DNA of 64,000 nucleotides from Candidatus Bipolaricaulota bacterium (GTDB lineage Bacteria; Patescibacteriota; Patescibacteriia; UBA11705; DATKZF01): NCBI GenBank assembly GCA_035528115.1, contig DATKZF010000001.1, positions 160,312 to 224,311 of the forward strand, read 5' to 3'. Shown piece by piece: positions 56,677 to 64,000 of this stretch (position 1 is its first letter; each line of letters starts with the position of its first letter). The notes under the pieces were generated by a model. It saw only the letters and a program-made list of their open reading frames with translations, ran no database searches and was not told where the DNA came from. The position numbers and the translations under genes were made by a program.

Positions 56677-57603
56677 TTATTTTATCTCTACCGCTCTTAA
56701 CTTGGCCGATCTGGAGCGAGGATTTTCCAAGATCTCTTCTCCTGAAGCGACAATCGGCTTTTTCGTCAAAATTTTCAAGGTGGCTTTATGCTCGCACTGG
56801 CAAATAGGAATTTGCGGCGGGCAAACGCAGTCTTTGCTTTCTTTTTGAAAAAAATGTTTAACGATCCGGTCTTCGAGAGAATGAAAACTGATTACGACTA
56901 TTTTCGATCCGGGCTTCATGAGCGAAATCACCAGCTCCAGAGTTTTTTCAATGTTTTCCAGCTCATGATTGACCGCGATGCGCAAGGCCTGAAAAACTTT
57001 GGTGGCCGGATGGATTCTGCTTTGACCGCGACCCTTGGCCTTCTTGATTATTTCGACCAGTTGTCCGGTTGTTTTTATTTCCTTGTCTTTTCTGTATTTG
57101 AGTATTTCGGCGACTATTCTCGGAGCCTTGGATTCTTCGCCGAATTGCCAAAATATTTTTTTCAATTCCTCCGCGTCCCAGCCGTTCACTATCTTTTCCG
57201 CGGTCACCCGATTCTCCGCGTTAAATCGCATGTCCAGAGGCTCGTCTTTTTGAAAAGCGAATCCCCTGCCCGAGCTCGCCAATTGATCGGAAGACAATCC
57301 CAGGTCAAGCAAGATGCCGTCAATATCGTGAAAATCGTTTTCTTCTATTATATTTTCCAAATTCGCGTAATTGTCATTTACCGGAATCAATCTCGACGAG
57401 TATTTCTTCAAATTGATCTTGGCGGCCTCAATGGCTTTTTCATCCCAGTCAATCGCCAAAACTTTTCCTTTCGGTTTTGTTTTTTCCAAAATAGCCGCGG
57501 CATGTCCGCCGGCGCCCAAAGTGCAATCGACAAAATTCTGATTTTTCCGAGGATCAAGCAGTTCAATAACCTCCTTTAGCAATACCGGTTTGTGAATAGC
57601 CAT
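56677..57603 (-). CDS. rsmH: 16S rRNA m4C1402 methyltransferase RsmH (MraW)
   Basis: MAIHKPVLLKEVIELL...DCTLGAGGH. The ORF track's longer N-terminal extension is unlikely to be translated. Confidence 0.88.
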   Translation of the reverse strand: MAIHKPVLLKEVIELLDPRKNQNFVDCTLGAGGHAAAILEKTKPKGKVLAIDWDEKAIEAAKINLKKYSSRLIPVNDNYANLENIIEENDFHDIDGILLDLGLSSDQLASSGRGFAFQKDEPLDMRFNAENRVTAEKIVNGWDAEELKKIFWQFGEESKAPRIVAEILKYRKDKEIKTTGQLVEIIKKAKGRGQSRIHPATKVFQALRIAVNHELENIEKTLELVISLMKPGSKIVVISFHSLEDRIVKHFFQKESKDCVCPPQIPICQCEHKATLKILTKKPIVASGEEILENPRSRSAKLRAVEIK

Positions 57604-57699
57604 AAGCGATGCGAATGACGCGAATCTCACACGAATTATACGAACATTAGCTTCCTTCATTCGCGGCATTCGCATTTAATTCGCATAATTCGTGTCGGA

Positions 57700-58131
57700 T
57701 TATACATCAAGATTCTCCAACTCCTCGGCGATATTAACGCTGGCTTTTTCCGTGGTTAATTTATATTTATTCCAAACTTCTTTGTCCCAAAGTTCCAATC
57801 TGTTCAAAAGTCCGGCCACCACCACGTTCTTTTTCAAGCCGGCGAATTTTTTCAAATAATCCGGAATTTTTATTCTGCCCTGTTTATCAACGTCAGCGTC
57901 CATGGCTCCTGAAAGCATGAAGCGGCTGAACGCTCTGGTGTTTGATTTGCTGATCGGCAATGTGGCTAATTTGTCAGCCAACTTTTTCCATTCCGATTTC
58001 GGGTACAGAAACAAACAATTGTCCAAACCTCGAGTCACCACGGCTCCTTCTTTTAATTTCGCCCTAAACTTAACCGGCACTGCCAGCCTGTCTTTTTGAT
58101 CCAAACTGTGTTGATATTCGCCTATGAACAT
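57700..58131 (-). CDS. mraZ: Transcriptional regulator MraZ
   Basis: MFIGEYQHSLDQKDRLAVP, a duplicated MraZ/SpoVT-AbrB fold of 143 aa. Confidence 0.9.
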   Translation of the reverse strand: MFIGEYQHSLDQKDRLAVPVKFRAKLKEGAVVTRGLDNCLFLYPKSEWKKLADKLATLPISKSNTRAFSRFMLSGAMDADVDKQGRIKIPDYLKKFAGLKKNVVVAGLLNRLELWDKEVWNKYKLTTEKASVNIAEELENLDV

Positions 58132-58146
58132 ATATCATGAATCATC

Positions 58147-58281
58147 GTTACGAATTACATTAACTAAATAGCTCCTCATTGATATTGTTACGAAGTACAT
58201 TCACTTATAGCTTTATGCCTAAGAAGATTGTAATTAGTAACAAATAACCTGAAAGCCAACGGGATGATTGTAATTCGTAAC
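58147..58281. repeat. MITE-like element family A
   Basis: GTTACGAATTACA at 58147-58159 and TGTAATTCGTAAC at 58269-58281. Internal cttatagctttatgcctaag segment. Confidence 0.7.
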
Positions 58282-58441
58282 ATTTCTCGTACATCTCGTA
58301 ACTGAATTTAAGTGAACCCGGCGGAAAGCCGATATTTTACCATCAACTCCCCGCCGGATTTTCCCCACTTTTCCCCACTAATATTTCCACTACAACCATT
58401 ATAGCCCACATTCACCATCGTATCAACCACTATCCCACACC

Positions 58442-58583
58442 TGTGAATAAACAAAAAAATGCTTTATTATTAAGCATTTTTCAAGATCCTCGCCAACTGT
58501 GGATAAAAACAAATTTCAACTTTTTTATTTTTTATCTTTTATTTCTCATTTTTCAGGACACTTATCCCCTTTTTTGTGGATAA
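58442..58583. promoter_or_regulatory. Cluster of DnaA-box 9-mers flanking an AT-rich tract (oriC-like or DnaA-regulated region)
   Basis: TGTGAATAA at 58442-58450 (1 mismatch), TGTGGATAA at 58498-58506, TTATCCCC at 58561-58569 (variant), and TGTGGATAA at 58575-58583. The 58507-58560 stretch is more than 85% AT. Confidence 0.45.
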
Positions 58584-59387
58584 ATGATTCTTTGGCGAAA
58601 CAATCGCTTTGCCCAAGCGCTTTTCCAGCTTCTTTCTGGCCCCGCCGGCGATGTCTCCCCCTGATTTGGCGTCTGATTTTAATTTTTTCAGACCTTTTGA
58701 ATTTTCCGTCCGGTGTATTTCAGTTGTCGCTCTTTCGCCCAGCATGGTAAAAATCAGTTCAAAATCGTCCATGTGGTCGCGCAAATTTTCCCGTTGCAAT
58801 CCTTTGAGTTCTTTATATTCGTTTGGCGTAATGCCAAAAGTGGCTTTGGATATTTCAGCGGTCAAAATTTCATAATCTTTTTGCTCGCGCGCGCCTCTAT
58901 TTTGCCATTCGTCAGTCAATTCCTCTCGAATAGCAATGCCGCGCATCCGCTTTTCAATCCAATCATCAGGATAGCCTTTAAGCTTATACAATAATCTAGT
59001 GCGCTTGGTCGCCAATTCCGGATTTTCAATCTCTTGCACTCGCTCATAGCCAACTTTTGCTAGCCATCTTTTGAAGGGTTCCGCTTTTGAGGATGGAATT
59101 GATTGAATTAATCTAAATATCCCTTCCGTATTCCAGCAATACATTTTTTGCTTACCGCCAGCAGTTTCTACTTCCAGCATAAGGGGTGGTACAAATTGTA
59201 CCCCTCCCTGATCGGTCAATTTTGCCAATTCTTCATCGCGCTGTTTCATTCTTTTAAAATACTGAGGAGGGTCATTTGAATCGGTCAATGCTTGAATTAC
59301 ATCATTGATCACAAACCACCATTCATTATTATGGATGGTTTTTCTAATCTTTTTGCCTTTAAACAATGCGATTTTTGTGGTTTCCAT
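58539..59387 (-). CDS. Bro-N domain protein (DinD/antirepressor-like)
   Basis: The N-terminal FKGKKIRKTIHNNEWWFVINDVIQAL matches the Bro-N pattern. Length 282 aa. Confidence 0.6.
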   Translation of the reverse strand: METTKIALFKGKKIRKTIHNNEWWFVINDVIQALTDSNDPPQYFKRMKQRDEELAKLTDQGGVQFVPPLMLEVETAGGKQKMYCWNTEGIFRLIQSIPSSKAEPFKRWLAKVGYERVQEIENPELATKRTRLLYKLKGYPDDWIEKRMRGIAIREELTDEWQNRGAREQKDYEILTAEISKATFGITPNEYKELKGLQRENLRDHMDDFELIFTMLGERATTEIHRTENSKGLKKLKSDAKSGGDIAGGARKKLEKRLGKAIVSPKNHLSTKKGISVLKNEK

Positions 59388-59396
59388 ATTTATTCC

Positions 59397-59810
59397 CTAT
59401 TTCTTGGCCGCAGTAATATTCGGCTCAGCGTTATAAACCGGCTTGGCCATTTTCCCGGCTTTGACCTTTTCGCTCAATTTCAAAACATCAGCCAATTTGC
59501 TTTTTTCGGTTTTGTATTTTTTTTCAAGCTCAATTCCTTTCACCGGCAAATTCCACGCGTAGCCCAAAGCATTGGCAATGGAAATTCCGATTCGAACCGC
59601 AGAAAAGTCTCCCGGGCCTGACACAACGATCATTTCTTTTAAATTTCTTTTTCCGGCTTTATGCTTTTTCAAAAGCTTATCAATCGTTTTCAAAACCAGC
59701 TCCGACTGCCTGAACGGCTTTTCAACCAATACAAAATCAATTAGCCGATTGGAGTCGGCTAAGGCAATGGAGAATTTTTGATTAGATTCGGTGCTGATTA
59801 TTATTTTCAT
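59397..59810 (-). CDS. tsaB: tRNA t6A complex subunit TsaB (YeaZ), short form
   Basis: VVSGPGDFSAVRIGISIANALGYAWNLPVKGI resembles the GPGSFTGLRIG TsaB motif. Confidence 0.6.
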   Translation of the reverse strand: MKIIISTESNQKFSIALADSNRLIDFVLVEKPFRQSELVLKTIDKLLKKHKAGKRNLKEMIVVSGPGDFSAVRIGISIANALGYAWNLPVKGIELEKKYKTEKSKLADVLKLSEKVKAGKMAKPVYNAEPNITAAKK

Positions 59811-59832
59811 AAATACTAATCGGAACGATAAT

Positions 59833-59969
59833 TTGTTACTAAATTACAAAACTCCATTTGGCTTTTAGGTTATTTGTTACAAATTACATTCATCTATAGC
59901 TATATGCTTTAGACTATTGTAATTCGTAACATCCGCTTGGAAGCTAAGTGGAATATTGTAATTCGTAAC
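59833..59969. repeat. MITE-like element family A (degenerate left end, duplicated right end)
   Basis: ttaggttatttgttacaaattacattca internal segment. TGTAATTCGTAAC at 59917-59929 and at 59957-59969. Confidence 0.65.
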
Positions 59970-59990
59970 TGCTTGGTAGTTTTGTAGCCA

Positions 59991-61421
59991 TTATTTCAAA
60001 ACCGCATCTCTATTGCCATTATAAACGATAACCGGCGTGCCCATCGGCGCCCAATTGTAAACCCAATTGGCTTCAGGCGTATACATATTCACGCAACCAT
60101 GACTCATGCGATGGCCGAAATTATGATGCCAATAAGTGCCATGAATGGTATAAGGACCGTTGAAAGAAAGCACATAAGGCACTCCGGGCAAATCATAATT
60201 GTCAGGACTGCCCGGGCCGTAAAACCATTGCATATGCACGCTCTCTCGTTTTTTAAAAACGCTGAACACGCCGAGCGGGGTCGGGTGCTGCCAAGTGCCG
60301 GTGGAAACCCAGAATTCTTTTACCAATCTGTTGTATTCATAAATGTACATTTTTTGCTTGGAAACATCCACTTCAATACGCTTCGGCAAAACATTCGAAC
60401 TCTCATCCCAAATCAATTTCGGAGCGAACACGTAATTAATATCCTTCGATTCTTGATCCACTGCCACATTGACTCCACCCTTATAATCATCCGGATAGAC
60501 GAAAAATCTCAAATCCTTGACAGGATTGCCGAAATTATCCAAAAACCTGACGTGCGGCCCTCCGCTTAAACCCGCAGCCGTGACAAAGGTCGTGCGCTCG
60601 CCATCTTTTATTGAAACCATTTCCACTCCGCCGCCAAAGCCCGGATCATAAGCCATGAATGAATTGATCTTGGAACCGTCGTTTCTTAAAACATTCAATT
60701 CCGGAGCAAACCCGTAGCCGTAATTGGTCACCAATTCATTGACGCCGTCATTGCCCAAATCAGTGGACACCGCAACAGGCGGCTCATACAAATTATCAAT
60801 GTCTTGTTCGATATCCTCCTGCACTTTTTGGCCATAGCGATTGAAAAATTGAAATCTCGCTTTATCGGTGAAAGTGGAAGTAATAATTTCGATCAACCCG
60901 TCTTGATTGATGTCTCCGGCGCCGACCCTTACTCCGTTTCTGTAATTGTCCTTGTCTTCCGCCCAGAAGTCATTGATGAATTTCGGATGGCCTTCCTGGT
61001 CCAAAATTCTGATTTGCGGACCGCCGCCGCTGCCCGCGCCGACTATTATTTCATCCAATTTATTATTGTCCAAATCCGCGGCCGCCAAATAAATCGGGCC
61101 ATTATAGCCTTCGACAAACGGCCGAAATTCCCGAACCAATTGTCCGTTCTTTTCGTAAATGAGTATTTTCGAATCATTTTCCCGATCGCTCAAAGAGACA
61201 ATGACTTCTCCTTCGCTGTCGCCGTCCACATCACCAATGGCCAAATCGGTTTCCCCGTTGAATGTCTCGGGCAAAAAGCCGAATTCGGACACCAATTTTA
61301 AATTCCGATCATAAATCTTTATGGTCAAATCTTTTTTTTCAAACGCGGCGACAGAGCCGGCGCAGAAGAAAAAACCAGCCACAGCGAGCAATGCTATGGC
61401 AAAAAAGCCCTTTATTTTCAT
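59991..61421 (-). CDS. Secreted FG-GAP-like repeat protein fused to an L,D-transpeptidase (YkuD) domain
   Basis: Signal peptide. D-x-D-G-D/N Ca-binding-like blade repeats (GDVDGDSEGEVIV, ADLDNNKLDEIIVGAG, GDINQDGLIEIITS). C-terminal HGT..H....SHGCVNM catalytic motif. Confidence 0.8.
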   Translation of the reverse strand: MKIKGFFAIALLAVAGFFFCAGSVAAFEKKDLTIKIYDRNLKLVSEFGFLPETFNGETDLAIGDVDGDSEGEVIVSLSDRENDSKILIYEKNGQLVREFRPFVEGYNGPIYLAAADLDNNKLDEIIVGAGSGGGPQIRILDQEGHPKFINDFWAEDKDNYRNGVRVGAGDINQDGLIEIITSTFTDKARFQFFNRYGQKVQEDIEQDIDNLYEPPVAVSTDLGNDGVNELVTNYGYGFAPELNVLRNDGSKINSFMAYDPGFGGGVEMVSIKDGERTTFVTAAGLSGGPHVRFLDNFGNPVKDLRFFVYPDDYKGGVNVAVDQESKDINYVFAPKLIWDESSNVLPKRIEVDVSKQKMYIYEYNRLVKEFWVSTGTWQHPTPLGVFSVFKKRESVHMQWFYGPGSPDNYDLPGVPYVLSFNGPYTIHGTYWHHNFGHRMSHGCVNMYTPEANWVYNWAPMGTPVIVYNGNRDAVLK

Positions 61422-61432
61422 AACTTTGATTT

Positions 61433-62053
61433 TTATTTTATTTGGTCGGTTTTATCTATGAGAACGATTTTCTTGACGTTATTTAATATGGCATAAAGGA
61501 ATCTATCATTGATATCTCGCCGCAAAGCGTATTCATCAGGCGTGAATATAGTGTAATTCATCTCCTCGGCCAATTGGTCTTGCAGTATTTCAATGACCGG
61601 CTCTATTTTTTCACGGCCGGTTGAAGCAACGATCAGCGCGTCGGTCGGAGACGGATCATCTTTAATGAATTTCCCAACCAAGACCGCGAGATAAATGCTG
61701 TCAATGTCCTTAACTTCATCGACCAAATTTTTTTCCGCCACCATGTCATTTTTCTCAAAAATCATTTTCAGTTCTTCGTGAAAAACATTGTCAGTATTCA
61801 ACTTGTAAAATTTCTTGGTATTCAAACCCTCCGGCAAATTCATATCCTTGATATTTTTGTCGATCAAGGCGCGGTCCACGAAAACAATGTTCATGTCTTC
61901 TAAAATTTTAAGTTCGCGCCGGATGGAATTGATCATGGAATCGGTCAGACGAGTCAATTCACGAACATAAAAAGCCTTGTCCGGATTCTCAATAAAAAGC
62001 TTAATTAACTTCGCTCTGGTTTTTGAACCAAAAAGTTGCTCAAACATATTCAT
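61433..62053 (-). CDS. Winged-helix DNA-binding protein (putative regulator). The listed ORF extends to 62119.
   Basis: The N-terminal LFGSKTRAKLIKLFIENPDKAFYVRELTRLTDSMINSIRRELKILED looks like a wHTH. The rest of the protein is unknown. Confidence 0.45.
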   Translation of the reverse strand: MNMFEQLFGSKTRAKLIKLFIENPDKAFYVRELTRLTDSMINSIRRELKILEDMNIVFVDRALIDKNIKDMNLPEGLNTKKFYKLNTDNVFHEELKMIFEKNDMVAEKNLVDEVKDIDSIYLAVLVGKFIKDDPSPTDALIVASTGREKIEPVIEILQDQLAEEMNYTIFTPDEYALRRDINDRFLYAILNNVKKIVLIDKTDQIK

Positions 62054-62127
62054 TCCTTTCTTCCCTTCTTCCATTATTTCTCTGCTTATAGTATAATACA
62101 TGTACGTTTTAGACGTCAATTTTCCCT

Positions 62128-64000
62128 ATGGACAAACAAAAAGCCCTCCGCATAGAAGAAATATTTATTTCATCTTCGCAAAGCCGAGAGGATTATTATT
62201 GCGAGAATTTCGTTGTTTTTCCCGACGGCAAAGAAAATTACGGAGGCCATATTTTGGGTATAATTGAAATTTTCGCCACCCCGGCGGAACAGGCTCAAAA
62301 AGTCTCCAAAACCATAATAAACACGCTTAAAGACCATTATTATAGACAAGTGGTCACTTCTCCCGAACCCCAAAAATTGAATTTGGAGACCATTTTCGAG
62401 CACGCCTTGCAAAAAACCAACGAACAGGTTGTCCAATTGATCCAAAACGGACAAATTCAATTGATATTTGAAAATATCAATTTTTTGGTGGCCGTGATCA
62501 AACCCGGACAAATCGATTCTGATATTTTATTCAGCCATCGAGGCAATATCCAGAGTTTCCTTATCCACAAGACCAAAAAGTCCAATTATAAAATAATTGA
62601 CATTGTTTCCAATACCGCGACAACCAAAGACAATAAAGTGAAAATTTTCTCCAGCATTATTTCGGGAAAAATCTTTTTGCCGGATACGATGATTTTGGCC
62701 AATGAGAGCTTCGCCCGATACTTTTCAGCTGATAAAATCAGCCAGATGACCGCCAAAAGGCCGTTAAAAGAAGTGATTGAAGATTTTAGAGTACTTTTGC
62801 ATCGCAAACCTCAAAGCCACACACAGACTTATTCCGCCATTTTTTTAAGGCAAGAAGAATTGCAAATGATGGAACAGCAACACGCTTCACAAAAATCAAT
62901 CAGCAATCTGGTTACCACTCAGCAAAATACTGAAAAATTCCTCACTCCGGTCATCGGTATAAACATCAAAAGCCATTTGAAGTCGTTATGGCAAAGAATA
63001 AAAAGCCTGTTCTTGCCGGGAAACAAACGAAAAGGCATGGTTATTGAAGAAATCAGAGCGTCCAATAAGCTCTGGCGCAAACTGCTCAACAAATTAAAAT
63101 CACTGTCAAAATTGCTGTTCAAAAACAGAGATAAGTCAACGGAACAAAAAGACTCAATCGACAACCTGGGGCCAAAATCAAAAAAATTGGTGGTCATTCC
63201 CATAATCGTCTTGATCGTGATTTTTTCAACCAGTATAATTTTCATTTATCATCGCCGGCAAACCGGCCAAAATGACGCCGCCTACAGCCAACAAGTCAAG
63301 GCCGTTGAAGACAAACTCAACCAAGCCGAAGCCAGCTTTTTATTCCGAGACAATGAGAAAAGCCTGAACGCCTTGATAAAAGCCAAGGAGTTGCTGGCCG
63401 CCTTGCCCAAAGAAAAGCCCGAGCAAAACGATACTTTCAATAAATTGCAAAACCAATACTCCGCGCTCTCCGACAAATTGATAAAACTGGAAACGATTTC
63501 CTCCAATCAGCTCGGCGAAGCCAATCGTTTCAACTTCCAGAATCCGAATATTTCCTTGCTTGAAAACAATCAAATAATAGCGTTCGGAGAAAACAAATTC
63601 AATCTCATCAGCGCGGACAGCGGCCAAATCATCACCGAAAAAGACACGGAAATTCAAGGCAACATTTTGATGGTCCGTCAATTTGACGCGGATACCCTAT
63701 TTATTTTATTCGACAACCAATCACTTTATCAATATAAAATCAGCGACGGAGGACTGGCGAAGACGGGCATTCCCGTGGATACGGCTTGGCGCAATTTTCA
63801 AATTTACAACCGGCATCTTTATTTCGCCGCGCCGGCGAAAAATCAAATTTACAAAGTCCGAAATATCGTCGGCACCTCGTTCGGCGAAGCTACCGCTTGG
63901 ATAAACGACGCGGCGGATATTTCCGGCGCCGTATCCATGGCTATTGACGGCAACATCTACCTTTTGGACGCCTCGGGAAAAATCAATAAATTTTTAAGCG
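62128..64000 (+). CDS. Large membrane protein, partial (continues past the window end). Cytoplasmic N-domain, one TM helix, then an extracytoplasmic repeat domain.
   Basis: Manual in-frame read from the ATG at 62128 (preceded by an in-frame TAG at 62110) shows no stop to position 64000: MDKQKALRIEEIF... It has a TM helix at VVIPIIVLIVIFSTSIIFIY. It is missing from the ORF track because it is truncated by the window edge. The minus-strand ORFs listed at 62170-63681 are antisense artefacts. Confidence 0.7.
   Translation, partial: MDKQKALRIEEIFISSSQSREDYYCENFVVFPDGKENYGGHILGIIEIFATPAEQAQKVSKTIINTLKDHYYRQVVTSPEPQKLNLETIFEHALQKTNEQVVQLIQNGQIQLIFENINFLVAVIKPGQIDSDILFSHRGNIQSFLIHKTKKSNYKIIDIVSNTATTKDNKVKIFSSIISGKIFLPDTMILANESFARYFSADKISQMTAKRPLKEVIEDFRVLLHRKPQSHTQTYSAIFLRQEELQMMEQQHASQKSISNLVTTQQNTEKFLTPVIGINIKSHLKSLWQRIKSLFLPGNKRKGMVIEEIRASNKLWRKLLNKLKSLSKLLFKNRDKSTEQKDSIDNLGPKSKKLVVIPIIVLIVIFSTSIIFIYHRRQTGQNDAAYSQQVKAVEDKLNQAEASFLFRDNEKSLNALIKAKELLAALPKEKPEQNDTFNKLQNQYSALSDKLIKLETISSNQLGEANRFNFQNPNISLLENNQIIAFGENKFNLISADSGQIITEKDTEIQGNILMVRQFDADTLFILFDNQSLYQYKISDGGLAKTGIPVDTAWRNFQIYNRHLYFAAPAKNQIYKVRNIVGTSFGEATAWINDAADISGAVSMAIDGNIYLLDASGKINKFLS

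Noticed and set aside
58442-58583. Calling this region oriC outright
   Set aside because: No dnaA/dnaN is adjacent and the strand switch is 3.5 kb away. It is reported as an oriC-like or DnaA-regulated candidate only.
45101-59969. CRISPR array as the explanation for the GTTACGAAT repeats
   Set aside because: The copies are not regularly spaced. They occur as inverted pairs with shared internal sequence rather than as direct repeats separated by unique spacers. No cas genes are present.
62170-63904. Five minus-strand ORFs and one plus-strand ORF (63683-63904) listed in the last 2 kb
   Set aside because: All lie inside, antisense to or out of frame with, a continuous plus-strand frame of at least 624 codons starting at 62128, which is the more parsimonious gene.

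Overview
This window is a gene-dense bacterial chromosome segment. About 60 of about 70 genes are on the minus strand. Coding sequence is roughly 45-55% GC and intergenic spacers are AT-rich. Gene content points to a small-genome, fermentative lineage, plausibly a Patescibacteria/CPR-like organism. The evidence for that is a complete F-type ATP synthase operon (atpI-like, B, E, F, H, A, G, D), a glycolytic block (pgk, eno, two tandem iPGM paralogs), a four-subunit group 3b (sulfhydrogenase-type) NiFe hydrogenase, a LexA/DinB SOS pair, a split dcw cluster, and many small membrane-anchored proteins. Many starts have canonical AGGAGG ribosome binding sites, and several near-consensus sigma-70 promoters (TTGAC-N17-TATAAT, some with the TGn extension) can be read. 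From about 45 kb onward the content becomes accessory-like. That stretch contains a previously unannotated family of about 95-175 bp elements bounded by the 13-mer inverted repeat GTTACGAATTACA / TGTAATTCGTAAC, with at least 11 copies of the 13-mer. It also contains a higher-GC island of foreign-looking lipoprotein genes, a B12-radical-SAM + hemerythrin + Cys-rich peptide trio, and a run of paralogous anchored proteins with shared N-termini and different C-terminal heads. Other points worth a second look are a cytoplasmic protein built from 15 near-identical 29-residue tandem repeats with its own promoter and a 54-aa upstream ORF, a second repeat family (CAATGNAACAATG arrays plus a GC hairpin) sitting inside operons, an enrichment of perfect DnaA-box 9-mers including an oriC-like cluster flanking an AT-rich tract near 58.5 kb, a translin-family protein beside an orphan leaderless DNA methyltransferase, a Zn-finger-less HypA, and a candidate about 140-nt structured RNA with its own promoter. 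A long plus-strand ORF (62128 to the window end) is missing from the supplied ORF track because it runs off the edge. All functional calls are from reading translated motifs by eye; no database search was possible.
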